From the IMG/VR virus record IMGVR_UViG_3300045988_036701: a stretch of 37,611 bases of DNA; one strand, 5' to 3'. The notes under the pieces are model-generated. The model was not told where the DNA came from, did no database searches, and worked only from the letters and a program-made list of their open reading frames with translations. Positions 33,088 through 37,611 of this stretch are shown here, piece after piece (position 1 is the first letter of the stretch; each line of letters opens with the position of its first letter). The stretch is from a virus. The position numbers and the translations under genes are program-made.

Positions 33088-35340
33088 GTGGCCGGGAAAG
33101 ATGGCGAAGTTGTATTTGAAATCCGGGGCGATGACAGCAAACTGGAACAGGACCTTGATGGTGCAGCAAAGAAAGTAGAACAGTCTGCTAAGAAGGGCGC
33201 GGACAAAACCCAGCAGGTCGAGGAACAAACGTCTGAAGCATTAAAGCAGTCTAAAGAAGATGTTACCGAACATCATAAGCAGCAGAACGATGAACGCGTA
33301 AAAGACGATGAAGAGACTGGAAAACAGCGGGAAGAGACTGAACGTTCTACTGGTGACAAGATAAAAAGCATAGCCGGCGGGACCGCAAAGGCTATCGGAG
33401 CCGGAATGCTGGCCGCGGGTGCGGCCGCTGTGTCCATTGGAACCATGGCGGTAAACAGTGCTACGCAAATGGATCAGGCCATGAATCAGTTTATTTCCAG
33501 TACGGGAAAGGGTACGGAAGAAACAGAACGGTATCAGAAGGTTCTTGAAGATATCTATACAAATAATTATGGCGAGGATTTTAACGACATAGCTGCGGGT
33601 ATGGAGAGCGTTACAAAGTCACTCGGTGATATGTCGGATGATAAGCTTCAGGAGATCACGGAATCCGCCTTTGCATTGCGGGATACGTTCGGTTATGAAA
33701 TCCCGGAATCCACACGGGCCGCCAAAGCCATGATGGATAATTTCGGTATTTCCGGCGAGGACGCCATGGGGCTGATTGCCGCCGGAGCGCAGAACGGCCT
33801 TGATTATTCTGGGGAGCTGATCGACAGTATCAATGAATACTCTGTTCAATTTGGGAAACTCGGATTCAGTGCAGACGATATGTTCAAGATATTCCAATCC
33901 GGTGCAGAATCGGGGGCGTGGAATCTTGATAAGATCGGTGACGCTGTGAAAGAGTTCTCGATCCGCGCAATAGACGGATCTGATTCCACGATTGAAGGAT
34001 TTGAAAAGGTTGGGCTGAATGCGGATGAAATGGCGGCTAAGTTTGCCGCCGGTGGAGATACTGCAAAATCAGCATTTCAGGAAACCGTAAAAGCGCTGTC
34101 AGAAATGAAGGATCCACTGGAACAGAACATTGCCGGAACGGATCTGTTCGGAACCATGTGGGAAGACCTGGGGCCTGAAGCAACGGCTGCACTGGCAGAT
34201 ATTACGGACGGTGCTTATGATACAGCTGACGCCATGGGGAAGATTAAGGAAACGAAGTATGATGATATCGGTTCCATGTTTGAGGGACTGAAGCGCAGCC
34301 TGGAGATGCTGATTCTTCCCCTTGGTGAACAGTTAATTCCTTTACTTGATAATCTGATTCAAGCTGTATTACCGCTTCTCGAGGAAGCATTACCTCCTCT
34401 TGTCGATCTGATCGGGGCGGCGATCGAACAAGTGGTACCAGTGATAGAATCCATACTTCCCGTTTTACTTGATTTAATACAGTCACTTCTTCCCCCATTG
34501 TTAAGCCTGATAAGTTCGGTTCTTCCACCGCTGGCCTCAGTGATAAGTGCGCTTGTTCCAGTGTTCGGTACACTTTTGGAAGCATTAGCTCCACTGATTC
34601 AGGCATTTGTGGAGATGCTGGAGCCTATTCTCGTATTGATTGCGGAGGCAATGGGGCCACTTGTGGAGGCCATCGAGCCGCTTATACAGATCATTTCTGC
34701 GATTCTGATACCAGTTCTTAAGCTACTGATGGCGGCATTCGGGGAAGCTATGCAGGGAATCATTAAAGAAGTCACTCATCAAATTGAAAATATTACGAAA
34801 ATTTTTGATAACCTCATAGAGTTTATTAAGAATGTATTCACGGGTAACTGGAAAGGCGCTTGGGAGAATGTGAAAAACATTTTCAAAACAGTAGCGGACT
34901 CTCTGGCCGGAATATGGAAAACTCCGATCAATGCGATTATTGACCTCATAAACGGATTCCTTGGCGGACTTAGTAAAATAAAAATACCTGACTGGGTTCC
35001 GGTGATCGGCGGGAAAGGCTTTGATATTCCCAAAATACCACGTCTCAAAACCGGAATTGACTTTGTGCCTGGGGATTATTTCCCAGCATTTTTAGATTAC
35101 GGTGAAAGGGTACTGACGAGACAGGAGAATGTCAGGTACAACGCCATGGGAGGTATAGCCGGAATGGAGGCGGCACTGAGCCGGGGAAATTATAACCGGG
35201 ATCAGAAGATTGTTCTTGGTAAAGGCTGTATTGTTGTACAGTCGAATATTGACGGAAAGATGGCCGCGAAATCCATGGCTCCTTATGTCGATACGGAACT
35301 GGGGAAAGTGGATGAAGTAGCAGAGAGGGATGCGCAATGA
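33088..35340 (+). CDS. Tape measure protein
   Basis: 750 aa with a coiled-coil-rich N-terminus, a hydrophobic LxPLL-repeat core, and the expected synteny. Confidence 0.9.
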   Translation: MAGKDGEVVFEIRGDDSKLEQDLDGAAKKVEQSAKKGADKTQQVEEQTSEALKQSKEDVTEHHKQQNDERVKDDEETGKQREETERSTGDKIKSIAGGTAKAIGAGMLAAGAAAVSIGTMAVNSATQMDQAMNQFISSTGKGTEETERYQKVLEDIYTNNYGEDFNDIAAGMESVTKSLGDMSDDKLQEITESAFALRDTFGYEIPESTRAAKAMMDNFGISGEDAMGLIAAGAQNGLDYSGELIDSINEYSVQFGKLGFSADDMFKIFQSGAESGAWNLDKIGDAVKEFSIRAIDGSDSTIEGFEKVGLNADEMAAKFAAGGDTAKSAFQETVKALSEMKDPLEQNIAGTDLFGTMWEDLGPEATAALADITDGAYDTADAMGKIKETKYDDIGSMFEGLKRSLEMLILPLGEQLIPLLDNLIQAVLPLLEEALPPLVDLIGAAIEQVVPVIESILPVLLDLIQSLLPPLLSLISSVLPPLASVISALVPVFGTLLEALAPLIQAFVEMLEPILVLIAEAMGPLVEAIEPLIQIISAILIPVLKLLMAAFGEAMQGIIKEVTHQIENITKIFDNLIEFIKNVFTGNWKGAWENVKNIFKTVADSLAGIWKTPINAIIDLINGFLGGLSKIKIPDWVPVIGGKGFDIPKIPRLKTGIDFVPGDYFPAFLDYGERVLTRQENVRYNAMGGIAGMEAALSRGNYNRDQKIVLGKGCIVVQSNIDGKMAAKSMAPYVDTELGKVDEVAERDAQ

Positions 35341-36026
35341 ATGTGACAATAGGTGATAAGAAGACGTTTGACGACTGGGGACTGAAATTACAGTCCCTCG
35401 TCGTAGGATTGCCTGAAGCAAAAACGAATCCTGTCGATATCCCCGGAGCTGATGGCGTAATGGATCTGACACAGGCGCTTGGGCCTGTACGGTATAATAA
35501 CCGGGAAATACAAATGATTTTTGATGTTATGGCGGCTCCGGAGCGGTGGCATAGCTTAACAAGCGAGATAGCGAACTACCTTCATGGTCAGCGGCTTAAG
35601 GTGATTCTGGACAGTGATCCGGATTATTACTTTATCGGCCGGCTGGCCCTGAATTCCGAGAAGAGCGATTTCTACATGAACCACATCACGATCACCGGAG
35701 ACATGGAGCCATACAAATATGAAATGTATTCCGGTATCGATAAATGGAAGTGGGATTCTTTTAGTTTTAAAAACGGGATTATACGAAATTACAAAGATCT
35801 TGTTGTCGATGGGAACCGGACTGTACGTATAACAGGAAGGAAAAAGCAAATTGTTCCTACGTTCATCTGTTCGGCAGTTTTAGAGGTGGAGTGGCAGGGA
35901 ATAAAATATCCGCTGCCTGCCGGAGAAACGAAGATATATGCAATAGCGATACCAGAAGGAGAGAATAAACTGATCTTCTATGGAAATGGAACAGTGAGCA
36001 TTGATTATAGAGGAGGGATTCTTTAA
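35337..36026 (+). CDS. Distal tail protein (Dit)
   Basis: FDDWGLKL....LPEAKTNPVDIPGADGVMDLT is the Sipho_tail pattern. It follows the tape-measure gene. Confidence 0.8.
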   Translation: MNVTIGDKKTFDDWGLKLQSLVVGLPEAKTNPVDIPGADGVMDLTQALGPVRYNNREIQMIFDVMAAPERWHSLTSEIANYLHGQRLKVILDSDPDYYFIGRLALNSEKSDFYMNHITITGDMEPYKYEMYSGIDKWKWDSFSFKNGIIRNYKDLVVDGNRTVRITGRKKQIVPTFICSAVLEVEWQGIKYPLPAGETKIYAIAIPEGENKLIFYGNGTVSIDYRGGIL

Positions 36027-37611
36027 TGTACAGAGTAACCGTTATCACAGACGGTATAGAATACCCACTGCATGAGCCACGGGACAGTGATGGAGAGTTA
36101 CAGCTGATTGATCCGGTGGTCACTCCGGAGATGGGGAAAAATGGCAGCTTTACTTTTCGAATATCTCCGCTGCATCCTAACAAGGATAAGATTCAGGCAT
36201 TAAGAAGCGAGATTACAGTATACGATGATGAAGAAATCCTGTTCGCAGGGCGGCCGATCGGAGACGAGAGCGACTTCTATAACATAGGAAAAGCGACCTG
36301 TGAGGGGGAACTTGCCTATTTATTGGACAGCATTCAGCGTCCATATAAGTTTACCGGGAGCAGTGCGGCCTTCTTGCGGCAAGTGCTGGAGGTGCACAAC
36401 AGCCAGGTGGAAGAACGGAAGCGTTTTGAAGTGGGGAATATCACTGTCGCCGATATAGCGCCGGAAATACAGAGGTCAAATACTTCATGCGCCAATTCTC
36501 TGGAGACCCTGAAAACACAGCTTGTGGCAGTTAATGGCGGATATCTCAGGGTACGCAGAGCCGGCGGGAAGAAATACCTGGATTATGTCAGCGATTACGG
36601 AGGGATAAACAGCCAGCCAATCCGGTTTGGGGAGAATCTGCTTGATCTGACCCGGTATGTAAAGCCCACATCAATCATTACGGCTCTCATTCCGTATGGG
36701 GCGACGCTTGAAAGTAACAACACAGAAGAGGAAGAGAAACCTATTGATATCACGACGGTAAATGACGGAAAGGATTATATATACGATCAGGATGCAGTGA
36801 ATGCTTACGGCTGGATCTGGGGGACCCAGACGTTCGATGATCTAACAGATCCGGAGGCATTACTCAGCCGCGCGCGGGCTTACCTTACGGAGTGTGTAGC
36901 CTTGCCGGTTACATTGGAGCTCACGGCGGTTGACCTGGGGCTGATTGATGTTGATGTGCAGAAACTTAAAGTAGGATACTGGACGCAGGTAGAAAGCGTA
37001 CCGCATAAGATCAGTCGGCGGTTCATGCTGTCGAAAAAAGCGATCCATCTGGACAATCCGGGGAAAGACGAAGTGATCCTTGGACAGACGCTTCCCAGCT
37101 TTACAGGGGCCGTGAGCAAGGGGCAGATGGAGATATCAGACCGTATCAAACGTGTGGCGGCCAGTGCAAGCCGCGAGATCAACAGGAAGGTAGAGAATGC
37201 CACTCAGCTTATTACAGGCGGCAAGGGCGGCTATGTAGTGCTTGATGTAGACGATCCGGACACAGGGAAGCGGTCCCTTCCGTGGCGCATTCTTATCATG
37301 GACACGCCGGACAAAGAGACAGCAACCAGTGTGATCCAGCTTAACAAGAACGGGATCGGCTTCAGCCGGACGGGGATCAATGGACCATATGACAATGCCT
37401 GGACCATAGATGGGAATCTGGTAGCTGATTTTATCACAACGGGAACTATGCTTGCCGACCGGATCCGCGGCGGTATCCTTGAGGTGGGCGGCGCTGGCCT
37501 GGCGCGAGATGGTAGTATCGCGGTCAAGAATGTACAAGGCGAGATAATCGGTACCTGGGATAAGACCGGGCTCCATGTGTTGTTAGGTGTAATTGAAGGC
37601 AGTACGATCAA
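36026..37611 (+). CDS. Tail-associated lysin / prophage tail endopeptidase-family minor structural protein (N-terminal part; continues at 1..470)
   Basis: TAATG overlap with the Dit gene. There is no stop before the window end. GYLRVRRAGGKKYLDYVSDYGGINSQPIRFGENLLDL is present. Confidence 0.85.
   Translation, partial: MYRVTVITDGIEYPLHEPRDSDGELQLIDPVVTPEMGKNGSFTFRISPLHPNKDKIQALRSEITVYDDEEILFAGRPIGDESDFYNIGKATCEGELAYLLDSIQRPYKFTGSSAAFLRQVLEVHNSQVEERKRFEVGNITVADIAPEIQRSNTSCANSLETLKTQLVAVNGGYLRVRRAGGKKYLDYVSDYGGINSQPIRFGENLLDLTRYVKPTSIITALIPYGATLESNNTEEEEKPIDITTVNDGKDYIYDQDAVNAYGWIWGTQTFDDLTDPEALLSRARAYLTECVALPVTLELTAVDLGLIDVDVQKLKVGYWTQVESVPHKISRRFMLSKKAIHLDNPGKDEVILGQTLPSFTGAVSKGQMEISDRIKRVAASASREINRKVENATQLITGGKGGYVVLDVDDPDTGKRSLPWRILIMDTPDKETATSVIQLNKNGIGFSRTGINGPYDNAWTIDGNLVADFITTGTMLADRIRGGILEVGGAGLARDGSIAVKNVQGEIIGTWDKTGLHVLLGVIEGSTI
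37557..37611. repeat. Terminal overlap, identical to 1-55
   Basis: Exact 55-bp identity. Confidence 0.9.

Larger units (their letters stand above)
1..37611 (+). mobile_element. Complete, circularly permuted temperate siphovirus-like phage genome (unit length 37,556 bp)
   Basis: Full set of lysogeny, replication, packaging, head, tail and lysis modules. There is an identical 55-bp overlap at both window ends. Confidence 0.85.

Noticed and set aside
1-37611. Diversity-generating retroelement acting on the fibre genes
   Set aside because: No reverse transcriptase ORF and no long TR/VR near-identical repeat pair were seen.

Overview
The window is a single, complete tailed-phage genome. Its first 55 bp (1-55) are identical to its last 55 bp (37557-37611), so the unit length is 37,556 bp. 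The join falls inside an open tail gene, so it reads as a circular-assembly overlap rather than physical phage ends.

The gene order is that of a temperate siphovirus of a Gram-positive, Clostridia-like host. This is supported by GGAGG-type ribosome binding sites (RBS), the absence of spanins, cell-wall-binding repeats on the lysin, and a PBSX-like XkdW/XkdX/XhlA/holin/lysin order.

- **Tail tip and fibre module:** 36026 -> wrap -> 3886.
- **Lysis cassette:** 4260-6160.
- **Lysogeny module (minus strand):** integrase, ImmA-like protein and XRE repressor, 7348-9914.
- **Early genes:** Cro-like and Rha, 10101-10862.
- **Recombination and replication:** SMC-like ATPase, Sak4-like ATPase, DUF669, helicase, primase-helicase, an iteron origin and RusA, 12346-19761.
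- **Small late-early genes:** 19758-21676.
- **Second recombinase and late regulator:** a Xer-like tyrosine recombinase and a DUF1492/sigma-like regulator, 21841-23297.
- **Packaging, head and tail:** 23580-36026.

The main unexplained structure is a shufflon-like system. A 14-15 bp site, AAGTAGTGATTTAG(C), occurs four times in alternating orientation. Each copy is read in the same frame (S-S-D-L). One copy sits inside the expressed receptor-binding tail protein gene (3404-3886). The other three head start-less open frames, two of which look like pyocin/tail-fibre knob tips.

The cassettes form two convergent pairs, a> <b at 3529-4182 and c> <d at 6210-7047. The whole lysis cassette is nested between the pairs. 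No serine invertase is present, and two tyrosine recombinases are the candidate enzymes.

Other points worth a second look:
- a self-contained AT-rich moron encoding a secreted protein inside the tail operon;
- a promoter-leader-terminator unit with a tRNA-like T-arm directly upstream of terS;
- stacked terminator hairpins between holin and endolysin;
- modular tag sharing among the fibre genes;
- an ImmA-like protein with a non-canonical metal-binding motif.

All calls come from reading the sequence and the supplied ORF track. No database search was run.
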